Shown: positions 1-7,578 of the stretch, piece by piece
Layout of the letters: each line of letters begins with the position of its first letter
Position numbering within the stretch: position 1 is the stretch's first letter
IMG/VR virus record: IMGVR_UViG_3300023097_000002
Coordinates: 52,270 to 72,269 of that record
Direction: 5' to 3' (one strand)
Source of the DNA: an uncultured virus (IMG/VR IMGVR_UViG_3300023097_000002)
Taxonomy: Duplodnaviria > Heunggongvirae > Uroviricota > Caudoviricetes
DNA length: 20,000 nt
Position numbers and translations under genes: made by a program
Notes under the pieces: model-generated
The model's database searches: none
The model's input: only the letters and a program-made list of their open reading frames with translations
What the model was told of the DNA's origin: nothing

Positions 1-486
1 CGCCTGACCCGCCTGGAAGAGCTGCTGAAGTGCGTCGACAAGGGCCTCGCCTGCGAAGCCCACATGCACGAGGAGAACCTGGAAGACCTCCGGCAGCACG
101 CCGTTCTGGTGTCGCACCGGAGCCAGCAGTGGCAGACGGCCCGGCGGCTGCTCAGCATCTACGTTCAGACGCTCCGTAAGGACGCGGAAGGGGAAACCAC
201 CAGGGGCCACGTGGCCGACAAGCTGGAGCTGTTCCTGACGTCGGGCGAGGAGAAGGTGGACAGCCGGTGCCGCCGGGTTCTCTGCGGTCACACCTGGACG
301 GAGGCGGGCCGGACCTTCGAATGCGCTGAGCCGGTCGGACCCGACGGCGGTCACTTCGGCGAGCACTACGCGTACGTGCGTGAGGGATCGGCGGCCGATG
401 AAGAGCTGCGGATGCAGTACCTGGAGGAGGAGAACCGTGAGCTTCGTGCCCGTCTGGGTCTCCCGCCGAACCCCGCCAGGACATGA
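1..486 (+). CDS. Hypothetical phage protein, 5'-truncated by the window edge
   Basis: Frame 1 is open from position 1 (RLTRLEELLKC...) to TGA at 486. Codons are GC3-rich. It has a C..C..C..H..H cluster and a C-terminal coiled coil (LEEENRELRARLG). Confidence 0.75.
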   Translation, partial: RLTRLEELLKCVDKGLACEAHMHEENLEDLRQHAVLVSHRSQQWQTARRLLSIYVQTLRKDAEGETTRGHVADKLELFLTSGEEKVDSRCRRVLCGHTWTEAGRTFECAEPVGPDGGHFGEHYAYVREGSAADEELRMQYLEEENRELRARLGLPPNPART

Positions 487-739
487 ACCCGCGCTGGACC
501 GCCTGACCGAGCTGTGGTGGGCGGTGTTCCGCTGGCCGGAGAGCGAGAGGGAAGCGGCCCGGCGTGACGTCAACCAGCAGCAGCGCGAGAGGGAAGCGCG
601 CGATGGGTGAACACGCCGCACCCCGGACGTACGGAGTGCGCTCCGCATGGATGAAGCTGATGCGCTGCTTGCGGTGGCGTACGGCGAAAGAGCTTTCAGA
701 GAGGTGGGGCGGCTGGCGCCGCCCCTGAGAAGGGAAGAC

Positions 740-949
740 GTGGAGAGCTTTACGGCGCAAGGGCGCTGGAACGAGCAGGGCAAGAAGTGGGTCGTCTCGG
801 TGGACAACCCGCCGCACTTCGGGGCGGCAACCGCAGAGGGGCACAGCAGGACCGAGGCGAAGGACGGAATCACCGACCTGCTCGCCATGCTGCTGGGCCA
901 CCGCAACTTCAACGTGCAGGTGTCGTTCGAGGAGGAGCTTCGTGGCTGA
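740..949 (+). CDS. Small HicB-like (N-terminal alpha/beta domain only) protein, about 69 aa
   Basis: GTG at 740 follows a purine-rich RBS (GAAGGGAAG). The pattern FTAQGRW..KKWVVSVDNPP..AATAEGHSRTEAKDGITDLLAMLL resembles the HicB N-domain. The ORF track start at 647 is an alternative. Confidence 0.55.
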   Translation: MESFTAQGRWNEQGKKWVVSVDNPPHFGAATAEGHSRTEAKDGITDLLAMLLGHRNFNVQVSFEEELRG

Positions 950-1370
950 CGTCAGAGATCCCGAGAGGGATCAGCCCGCACCCAAGCCGGGCAAGCTGCC
1001 GGTCCAGGAGATCATGATCCTGGCGATCCAGGAGCGCCGCGCCTACGGCAAGAGGAAGTACGGCCGGATCCTGGAGACCGACAATGGCCGCGACGCCCTG
1101 AAGGACGCCTGGGAAGAAGCTCTCGACCTGTTCACGTACCTCACCCAGGCCCGCCTGGAGCGCGGGGATCACATCGAGGGCATGGAGAATCTGGCCGGAT
1201 CACCTGAGCTGGAGTTCGATCCCGACCAGGGTCTGGCCGATCAGCGCGTCGCTTCCGAGGCGAGGGCCCTGATCCCGGAGAGCTGCGCCCTGTGCAGGCA
1301 TGAGCCCCACGTTCCGGGCCGCTGCCGGTTCCGGCCGCCTGGCCGACTGGCGTGCACCTGCGGACTGTGA
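942..1370 (+). CDS. MazG-like all-alpha nucleotide pyrophosphohydrolase-type phage protein with a Cys/His-rich C-terminal tail
   Basis: Strong RBS GAGGAGGAG before GTG. The motif GKRKYG..L.T.NGRDAL.DAWEEALD..YL.Q contains EExxD. The C-terminus is CxxCxHxxH...C...CxC. Confidence 0.6.
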   Translation: MADVRDPERDQPAPKPGKLPVQEIMILAIQERRAYGKRKYGRILETDNGRDALKDAWEEALDLFTYLTQARLERGDHIEGMENLAGSPELEFDPDQGLADQRVASEARALIPESCALCRHEPHVPGRCRFRPPGRLACTCGL

Positions 1371-1374
1371 GCAT

Positions 1375-1420
1375 GCCGAAGGCCCGACCTGTAGGAACAA
1401 GGCCGGGCCTTCGGTGTCTT
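1375..1420. terminator. Intrinsic (probably bidirectional) terminator between convergent genes
   Basis: 12-bp stem GCCGAAGGCCCG/CGGGCCTTCGGT lying between the stops at 1370 (+) and 1426 (-), followed by GTCTT. Confidence 0.75.
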
Positions 1421-1425
1421 CCGGG

Positions 1426-2241
1426 TCAGGCGGTGAACGGAACCGTCACGGCCTGGCTGCCGCCACGGGTGGCGTTGTCGTCGTCGGTGACCACGAGGGT
1501 GTAGTCGCCCGGCGCCGCGTAGGCGTGGGTGACCGGCGTGCCGTCGCCCGGGTTGGCCAGGACGCCGCTGCCGTCACCCGGATCCACGGAGACCGAACCC
1601 TCGCCCTTGTTGTCGACGGTGACGGTGACCGTCATGCGCGAGGCGTCGGTGGTGTCCTCGGTGACGGTGAGCGCCAGCGGGTCGGGCTGCGGGTCCTGCT
1701 CCGGCACGGCCGGACCGGCGTTGATCTGGACGGTCGCGGTACCGGCGGGCACCACGTCCACGGCCAGGGTCGCCTCCAGCGGCGGCTCGACATCGGTGAC
1801 GCGCACGGTCAGTACGGTGCTGCCGGGGGCGCCGGAGATGACCCAGCCCTTCTGGTCGTCGCCCGCGTCGAGCTGGACGGTCGCCACGGTCTCGTCGGCC
1901 ACCGACCACTCCACGGTGGCGTCGGTCGGGTAGCCCGCCGCGTCCCGGGTGTCGATCGCGACGCTGAACTTCTCGCCAGTGTTGATCTGCACGGTTTCTC
2001 CCTCTTCGGCAGTGTGCTTCGGCCAGGTCACGTCGGAGTCTTCGCCGACCGCTGGGCCGACTCTGAGGATGAGCCGGGTTACGCCAACGAGCCAGCCGTA
2101 GAAGCGGTTCGCCCTCTCCAGCATCACCTGCGTCGCCGCGTCGGTGTACTCACCCGGCTCTGGCAGGGTGGTGGCGAAGGTGCCCGCCGCTTCCCGGAGA
2201 GCTGCGATCCTGAGATCCCGCGTCTCGTCGGGTGTTGCCAC
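1426..2241 (-). CDS. Ig-like (Big_2-type) plus PKD-domain protein, likely virion/capsid decoration
   Basis: AAGGAG RBS before GTG at 2241 (MATPDETRDL). Ig motif VEWSVADETVATV...G..PGSTVLTV. PKD motif DPGDGS...THAYAAPGDYTLVVTDD. It lies just downstream of the major capsid gene. Confidence 0.8.
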   Translation of the reverse strand: MATPDETRDLRIAALREAAGTFATTLPEPGEYTDAATQVMLERANRFYGWLVGVTRLILRVGPAVGEDSDVTWPKHTAEEGETVQINTGEKFSVAIDTRDAAGYPTDATVEWSVADETVATVQLDAGDDQKGWVISGAPGSTVLTVRVTDVEPPLEATLAVDVVPAGTATVQINAGPAVPEQDPQPDPLALTVTEDTTDASRMTVTVTVDNKGEGSVSVDPGDGSGVLANPGDGTPVTHAYAAPGDYTLVVTDDDNATRGGSQAVTVPFTA

Positions 2242-2304
2242 GGTCACTCCTTGTCTCTCAGGAGGAGCGTACGGCATCTCGGACCAACGGCAGAAAAATG
2301 GCCC

Positions 2305-2347
2305 AGAAAATCCGGAAGCCCCCACCTTGCGGCGGGGGCTCTTCGGA
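2305..2347 (-). terminator. Rho-independent terminator
   Basis: Minus strand reads TCCGAAGAGCCCCCGCC-GCAA-GGTGGGGGCTTCCGGA-TTTTCT. The GNRA loop and a G-U pair fit only the minus orientation. Confidence 0.8.
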
Positions 2348-2434
2348 AAGGAGAAGAAACGTGGCCGTGACGGAGTCCTGGGGACTCGCACAAGGACGGT
2401 TCCTTCTTGGGCGGGGAGGGTGAGTCCTCGCCAC
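2305..2434 (-). ncRNA. Candidate ~130-nt small RNA
   Basis: Promoter-like TGGCGT-N18-TATCTT upstream. 5' GUGGC/GCCAC closing stem with internal GGACUC/GAGUCC and AAGGA/UCCUU stems. Ends in a GCAA-tetraloop terminator followed by UUUUCU. Confidence 0.55.
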
Positions 2435-2440
2435 ACCCAT

Positions 2441-2470
2441 AAGATACCCGAGGTGGGGGGCTTTACGCCA
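2441..2470 (-). promoter_or_regulatory. Putative primary-sigma (HrdB/SigA-type) promoter
   Basis: -35 TGGCGT (2470-2465), 18-nt spacer, -10 TATCTT (2446-2441). Confidence 0.5.
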
Positions 2471-2503
2471 GTTCCTGCTGGCCTCGTCGTGCAATTGCAC
2501 GCG

Positions 2504-2539
2504 AAGAGGGCCCCCCAGTCGCACATGGGGGGCCCTCTT
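2504..2539 (-). terminator. Perfect 14-bp hairpin downstream of the major capsid gene (terminator or mRNA stabiliser)
   Basis: AAGAGGGCCCCCCA-N8-TGGGGGGCCCTCTT. A second long imperfect hairpin lies at 2561-2607. Confidence 0.7.
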
Positions 2540-2616
2540 GCTGCCCGGCAGGAACGGGGACCGGGCAGGGGCGGTCGGGATCAATCCCGGGTCACCCGCC
2601 GCCCGGCTTCATCGGT

Positions 2617-3930
2617 TCAGGAACCCGAGGGACCCGAGACCGAACCGCCGCCGATGGAGGCCATGGACAGCGCCGCCTCTTCGCCCGTACCCAGCGAGAC
2701 CGCCACCGCCGAGGCGTCGATACCGGCAGCGCCGATGATCGAGCGGACCCGGTACTGGATGTCGTCGTGGGAGAACGAGCCCTCGAAGGCGTTGATCTCG
2801 CCACCGCCGAGCGCACGGCCCGTGTCGCCCATCACGCGGACCTCGGGGGTCTCGTGACCGCGCAGGAACGCGGTGACGATGGCCGGGCCGCGCTCCGTCT
2901 GGCCACCGGCCGGAACCAGGTACCAGGTCGAAGCGGCGTTCGCCGAGGTGTCGATGAGCGGCAGCCACGGGGACTCCACGACCGTGAAGCGGCCCGCGAC
3001 CGGCGAGGAGACGTTCTGGCGCATCTCCGTGCCGTCGGGAAGCTGGCGCACCCGCAGGTACGTGGTTCCCTGGGCGATCTCCTGCGCCGTGAGCGCGAGA
3101 GACGGCGGAACGAGGAGCACGAAGTTCTGCACCCGGACCTGGCGGCCGTTGACCTGCCGCATCCCGATGTAGTTGATCGCGTGCTCCAGCGCGTCGAGCG
3201 TCAGCGGCGGGTTGCCCGGCACGTAGTTGCCCGCCGGGGCCTGACCGCCGAAGTCCTCGGTCGTGTTGAAGAAGTCCGCGTTCGGGCCCGTTGCCGTGGC
3301 CAGAACACCGGTCGTCAGCACGTCCTCGGTGTCGCGCGCCCACCGTGCCATCTCGGTGGGGAGCTGCTGGAGAACCCGCAGCTCGTCGTTCATGAACGCT
3401 TCCCACGAGAAGGGGAAACGCGCACCGTACTTGTTGACGAAGTAGTCCGTGCCCTCGGTCGTGAGGTTGAAGGTCGGGTACTCCGTCAGCTCCGGGATGC
3501 GCGGCAGGGCCCGGACGTGGCGCTCGGCGCCGCCGTTGTAGTCGGTCGTCTGCGACTGACCGGCCACGGTGTCCCAGCGGACCATGCGGGCCGGACGGAA
3601 GTCCGGAACCGTGGTGCGCACCGAGAAGGTCGGCCACTGCTGCGGAAGATCCGCATACTGGCCGAGCATGCTCGCCTGCGAGATCGACTGGAACAGCAGC
3701 GGGAAGTCGCCACTGGAGACGGCCTCGCGCAGGCGGCCCATTGCGACCGGGGAGCCGAACTCCGCCTCACGCTTGAGGCGCAGGAACTCGACGGCCTTGT
3801 TGAGCTTCAGCAGGCGGGAGTCCGCCGACTCGCGGATGGCGACCCGACGCTTGTTGTGGGCCTCGGCGATGCGCTCGAACTCGGGGTTCGTGGTCGCCTT
3901 GATTCCGTCGAGGAAGGTGATCGCGCTCAT
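2617..3930 (-). CDS. Major capsid protein (HK97 fold, Mu gpT-like family)
   Basis: Motifs DFRP, LPRIPELTEYP, KYGARFPFSWEAFMNDEL, LLVPPSL and WYL..., typical of gpT-like capsids. RBS GAGGAGG. Position downstream of portal, protease and cement genes. Confidence 0.92.
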   Translation of the reverse strand: MSAITFLDGIKATTNPEFERIAEAHNKRRVAIRESADSRLLKLNKAVEFLRLKREAEFGSPVAMGRLREAVSSGDFPLLFQSISQASMLGQYADLPQQWPTFSVRTTVPDFRPARMVRWDTVAGQSQTTDYNGGAERHVRALPRIPELTEYPTFNLTTEGTDYFVNKYGARFPFSWEAFMNDELRVLQQLPTEMARWARDTEDVLTTGVLATATGPNADFFNTTEDFGGQAPAGNYVPGNPPLTLDALEHAINYIGMRQVNGRQVRVQNFVLLVPPSLALTAQEIAQGTTYLRVRQLPDGTEMRQNVSSPVAGRFTVVESPWLPLIDTSANAASTWYLVPAGGQTERGPAIVTAFLRGHETPEVRVMGDTGRALGGGEINAFEGSFSHDDIQYRVRSIIGAAGIDASAVAVSLGTGEEAALSMASIGGGSVSGPSGS

Positions 3931-3947
3931 GTCTCAGATTCCTCCTC

Positions 3948-4436
3948 TCAGGAACCGGTGGCCAGCTTGTCGGCCACTGCGTTGGCGTCGCCCGGCGTGG
4001 GCTGGACGACTCGGACGATCGGAACTCCGGCCGTGGTCTGGCCGACGATGACGCCGAACCACCCGTCGGCCTCGGAGTTCGCAACCAGCGTGGCGCGCGT
4101 CGAACCGGCGGCGACGTTGATGCCGACCGGCGTACCCGAACCCATCTCCTCCGCATCCCAGCCGGTGACCGGGAAGGCGAAGGCACCGGTGAGGGCGATG
4201 GACGCCCAGCCCGGCTCCAGCGAGTTCGCGGTGTTGCGCGCGATGGAGACCGTGGTCATGCCGGTCGTGTAGGAAACCGGCTTGCCGCCGACCTCCTGCG
4301 CGAAGCCGACGATCGAACCGATCTTGACCGGGTCCCCGTTGATCGTGGGGTCGTCGTTGACCGCCGGGTCACTTCCCCGGAGCGGCAGCGGAAGGGAGAT
4401 CCAGTCCGCGTACTTGAAGATCTCGTTCGTGGCCAT
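3948..4436 (-). CDS. Capsid cement/decoration protein (DUF2190-like)
   Basis: MATN...I.L...GDPVKIGSIVGFA...ASIALTGAFAFPV pattern. Located between protease and capsid genes, with a TGATG overlap. Confidence 0.8.
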   Translation of the reverse strand: MATNEIFKYADWISLPLPLRGSDPAVNDDPTINGDPVKIGSIVGFAQEVGGKPVSYTTGMTTVSIARNTANSLEPGWASIALTGAFAFPVTGWDAEEMGSGTPVGINVAAGSTRATLVANSEADGWFGVIVGQTTAGVPIVRVVQPTPGDANAVADKLATGS

Positions 4437-5512
4437 CAGTAGGCACCCCCGCCCAGCAGGCTTCGGATCTCGGCGAGATCGCTGTCGCCCGCAGAGGAGA
4501 AGGTCGTCGAGGACTCGGTCAGACCGAGACCCGACGGCTCGCGGCCCTCGTTGAGTGCGCCGCGCTCGGTCTCCCGGCGGAGCTGCTTCAGGTACTCGCG
4601 CTCGTGGGTGATCGACTCGTGCAGGTCCTGGTCCGGACGGTAGGACTGCGCGATGCGGATCATGGAGGGAAGCGGCAGCTTCGCCTCCAGGAGTTCGGTG
4701 AGAACGTCACCGGTCGTCTTGCTCTCCTTGAGCGCCTTGTCGGCGGTCTCGGCGCGGTCACGCAGGAACGTGATCGCTTCCTGGAGCTTGGCGTTCTCGG
4801 CTGCCTGCTTCTCGGACTGGCGGCGCGACTCCTGGATCTGCGAAGCCATGCGCGCCACGTCGACGGAAAGCTGCTCGACGCGGTCGGAGAGAGTGTCCTT
4901 GAGGGCTGCCACCTCGCTGAGGAGGGCGCCCGTTCCGATGGTGGACGGAATCGCGGTTGCGGCCTGAGTGGCGGCACTCGCGGTCTGCTCGGCCGGAGGG
5001 GACTCCGGCGTGGCCGACTCGGTCATGGTGACGAGCCTTCCTCCCGCTCCAGCGCGGGTGACGAGGTCAACAGAGAGACCTTGCTGAATGCTGCGCACAA
5101 TACGCTGCCCAGCGGTCTCCTCGATCTGGCCTGCTGCACGGATCGAGAGACCGATCACGCTGTGCAGCTCCTTGGCGATCGGCTTGGCCTTCTCCGTGAA
5201 CTGGATTCGGGAGAAGAGCCCGCGCCCCTCCGGTGTCTCTTCGAAGGTTGCGTCGTCGAGAAGGTACCCGGCGATTTTCAGGACGCTGCGTTCGGGCAGG
5301 TCCATCTCTTCCGACTCGGAAGGATGGTCGAAGTAGATGTGAGTCCCGGCAGGAAAGGCGCGAGCGCCATCCCGCTTGAGTACTTCGGCGGGGTAGTACC
5401 CGCTGGAGCCCTGCACGTCGGCAGCGATGAGGAGTGCTCGCCAGATGCCCTTCTCCGGCGACTGGGCGTCCTCGGAGAGGATCGCGGTTTCCCGCAGTGT
5501 TTCCGTGGACAT
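4436..5512 (-). CDS. Capsid maturation protease fused to a coiled-coil scaffold domain
   Basis: GSSGYYPAEVLKRD, FDHP, GLSIRA.G and SVDLVTRAGAGG are motifs of actinophage prohead proteases. The C-terminal half is helical and coiled-coil. ATG at 5512 has RBS GAGGGG. Confidence 0.88.
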   Translation of the reverse strand: MSTETLRETAILSEDAQSPEKGIWRALLIAADVQGSSGYYPAEVLKRDGARAFPAGTHIYFDHPSESEEMDLPERSVLKIAGYLLDDATFEETPEGRGLFSRIQFTEKAKPIAKELHSVIGLSIRAAGQIEETAGQRIVRSIQQGLSVDLVTRAGAGGRLVTMTESATPESPPAEQTASAATQAATAIPSTIGTGALLSEVAALKDTLSDRVEQLSVDVARMASQIQESRRQSEKQAAENAKLQEAITFLRDRAETADKALKESKTTGDVLTELLEAKLPLPSMIRIAQSYRPDQDLHESITHEREYLKQLRRETERGALNEGREPSGLGLTESSTTFSSAGDSDLAEIRSLLGGGAY

Positions 5513-5580
5513 GAGCCCCCTCACTGATCATCGACGAGCACAGCGTAATAGCATCCGAGGCCAAAAGTCTCGGCAGGATG

Positions 5581-7320
5581 CTATGAAGTTGATTCGTCTC
5601 GCAGTTCGTGGTCCGCGTAGGACATCGGTTCCGGCTGCTTCGGTGCGTCAGTTGAACGCGAATTTCCTGCCTTCAGCGGGGATGGGGCACCGGGTCCACC
5701 GGTTCCTTCGGTGCCACTTCCTTCTGAATTACCGGGGGTTTCTGAGGAATTAGGCTCCTCCGTCTTCGGAGGTTCACCCTGTCCACTTCCGCCCGCAACA
5801 TAGGGAAGATCCTCGACATCGGGCGCCTCGCGGTCGAAGTCCTGCCACTTGTCACCCCATGCGTCGACCACCATGGCCCGTGCCTCATCGGCGGAGAACA
5901 GTCCGAGCCGGATCGCCATGTCGAGCGCCTGGAGCCTGCGGTGCACCGGCTCCTCGGAGATCTCCGGCCAGCGCAGGCGGACCTTCAGACCCAGCGTCTT
6001 GAAGATCTCCTTGAACATCTCGTCCATGACCTTCTGCCGGGCCTGCATCACGAGAATCGTGGAAGTGTCCAGCGAGGTGGCAGCCGCGTTGTTCGCGATC
6101 GAGGGATCCTCCAGCAGGGCCGGAAGTGGAACGTCGAGAGCTGCGGCGATCATGGCGGCGAGCGGGCGACCGGCGTCGAAGTCCACCTTCGTGTTGCCGC
6201 CGACGGCCGACAGATCCTGCCCGGCGCCCAGAACGGCCGAGGCTCCCACGTTCAGCGGCTGGCCGGTGGAAGGGTCGGTGCGCGGGGCCTGCGCCATCGC
6301 GGCGGCCGTACGGCGTACGGACCGAGAGCGGTCCGACGTGACCTTCCAGGCGAACCGTGCGTACGCCTTGGTCAGGGTGGCGCAGTTCTCCAGGTACTCC
6401 TTGTACGCCTTCGTCCACCAGACGGCAGGCAGCACGTCGGGGATTCCCCAGCGCCAGCCGGTGAGCCGGTTGAAGGGAACATGGACGAGCACCTTCGTGT
6501 GGTCGACCTTGTCGCCTGCGATCTGCGCGGCACCCCGGTTGCGGCCGAGCGCCCGGATGCCAGCGGGTGTCGGGTACCAGACGTCCCGGAAGGAGAACCC
6601 GGCCCGGGTGGACCCGCCCGACACGCTGTCCCGGTCGGCCTTCATCCAGGTGCGCCCGCGCGCCGCCGCCTTCGGTGACGTGATCGGGTTCAGCTCGATG
6701 TTCGCCTCGAAGTCCAGCTCCAGATCCCAGTCGTTCCAGGTGCGCCGGATGTACAGCAGGCGTTCCCGGTTGCCGCGCTGGCTGACGCCTTCCGTGATCT
6801 CCTCGAACGGCACACGCAGGACTTCCTTGGTCCGGCGGTCCACCAGGAAGAAGAGATTCCCGTCGGTGCCGGAGGTCCGCTCCAGTTCGAGCTGGGCGAG
6901 TGTCCCGGTCAGCACCTCGTTGATTCCCTCGGGAAGCTCGGGCTCCAGGTTCACCGTCCTCGGACGGCCGGGTCCCTGGATGAACTCCTTCGGTACCACA
7001 GAGACCCCGGACCCCCACACGTAACCGGTGCGCACCCTCAGCCCCCGGCCGACGAGCGGATTCACGGTCGCCACGGCCCGGCACAGCTCGCTCGCGTGAT
7101 GCAGGGCGTCGAGTGTGAAGGAGTTCGCGCTGTCGGAGAGGCCCATCAGCGGGCGCCACCCGATGTCCTCGATGGCGAGCTGGGCCCGGCCGAATTCACC
7201 GGCTTCCCGCATCTCGTCAGAGACCAGACCCATCAGCTCCTCGTTGCGCGCTTCGAGGTTGCTCACGAAGGTCGTGATTTCCGTGTGAGACATCTCTTCG
7301 AGGGGCTTGGGCATCTGCAT
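5581..7320 (-). CDS. Portal protein
   Basis: 579 aa, between terminase and protease. Motifs NPLVGRGL.VR..YVWG.G, DGNLFF, HV.FN...GWRWGIPD...A..W..AYK.YLE. Disordered C-terminal tail. Confidence 0.88.
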   Translation of the reverse strand: MQMPKPLEEMSHTEITTFVSNLEARNEELMGLVSDEMREAGEFGRAQLAIEDIGWRPLMGLSDSANSFTLDALHHASELCRAVATVNPLVGRGLRVRTGYVWGSGVSVVPKEFIQGPGRPRTVNLEPELPEGINEVLTGTLAQLELERTSGTDGNLFFLVDRRTKEVLRVPFEEITEGVSQRGNRERLLYIRRTWNDWDLELDFEANIELNPITSPKAAARGRTWMKADRDSVSGGSTRAGFSFRDVWYPTPAGIRALGRNRGAAQIAGDKVDHTKVLVHVPFNRLTGWRWGIPDVLPAVWWTKAYKEYLENCATLTKAYARFAWKVTSDRSRSVRRTAAAMAQAPRTDPSTGQPLNVGASAVLGAGQDLSAVGGNTKVDFDAGRPLAAMIAAALDVPLPALLEDPSIANNAAATSLDTSTILVMQARQKVMDEMFKEIFKTLGLKVRLRWPEISEEPVHRRLQALDMAIRLGLFSADEARAMVVDAWGDKWQDFDREAPDVEDLPYVAGGSGQGEPPKTEEPNSSETPGNSEGSGTEGTGGPGAPSPLKAGNSRSTDAPKQPEPMSYADHELRDESTS

Positions 7321-7329
7321 GCGATCACC

Positions 7330-7578
7330 TTAACTGCTCGATTGACCTGGCGACCTGCGTCTGGCGGAGGGGTTTCCCGGGGATTGGCGAACCTTTTCCA
7401 CGAGGGAGATTGCATTGTCGCAGGAGTCCGCCAGCTTCTTCAGTGCGCTCGTTCTGATCGGTGAATCAGGGGCGGTCATAAGGAGGTTCGCCAGTTCGGC
7501 ATACTTTCGGCCGACCGGTCCGGCGTGCTGAGATCTGGTGAGGATCCTCCGGCGAGCCGCTTCGGCGTGGTCGTACAT
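7330..7578 (-). CDS. Small helical-hairpin protein resembling the Acb2/Tad1 family
   Basis: ATG at 7578 overlaps the upstream stop (TGATG). The core YAELANLL..APDSPIRTSALKKL.DS.DNAI resembles LA..I...P.S.E.S.AL.KL.E....A. Confidence 0.6.
   Translation of the reverse strand: MYDHAEAARRRILTRSQHAGPVGRKYAELANLLMTAPDSPIRTSALKKLADSCDNAISLVEKVRQSPGNPSARRRSPGQSSS

Noticed and set aside
2375..2396. T-arm-like GTGCGAGTCCC on the minus strand, suggesting a tRNA, tmRNA or Y RNA
   Set aside because: No canonical 5-bp T stem, acceptor stem or CCA end could be built by eye. ARAGORN or tRNAscan-SE would settle it.
2361..2423. 20-codon plus-strand ORF behind a perfect-looking RBS (GGAAAGGAG)
   Set aside because: No evident plus-strand promoter and poor codon usage. 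The adjacent hairpin's G-U pair, GNRA loop and U tail indicate minus-strand transcription. It remains an alternative reading of the anti-SD tract.
2242..2526. N-terminal extension of the Ig/PKD ORF in the track
   Set aside because: It runs through hairpins and a terminator with non-coding composition. The real RBS precedes GTG at 2241.
2767..4272. 501-aa plus-strand ORF, and similar long antisense ORFs (1300-2370, 4604-5527, 5849-7024, 8979-10424, 15007-16362)
   Set aside because: Shadow frames of real high-GC genes on the opposite strand. They have no motifs and mirror the codon bias of the true genes.
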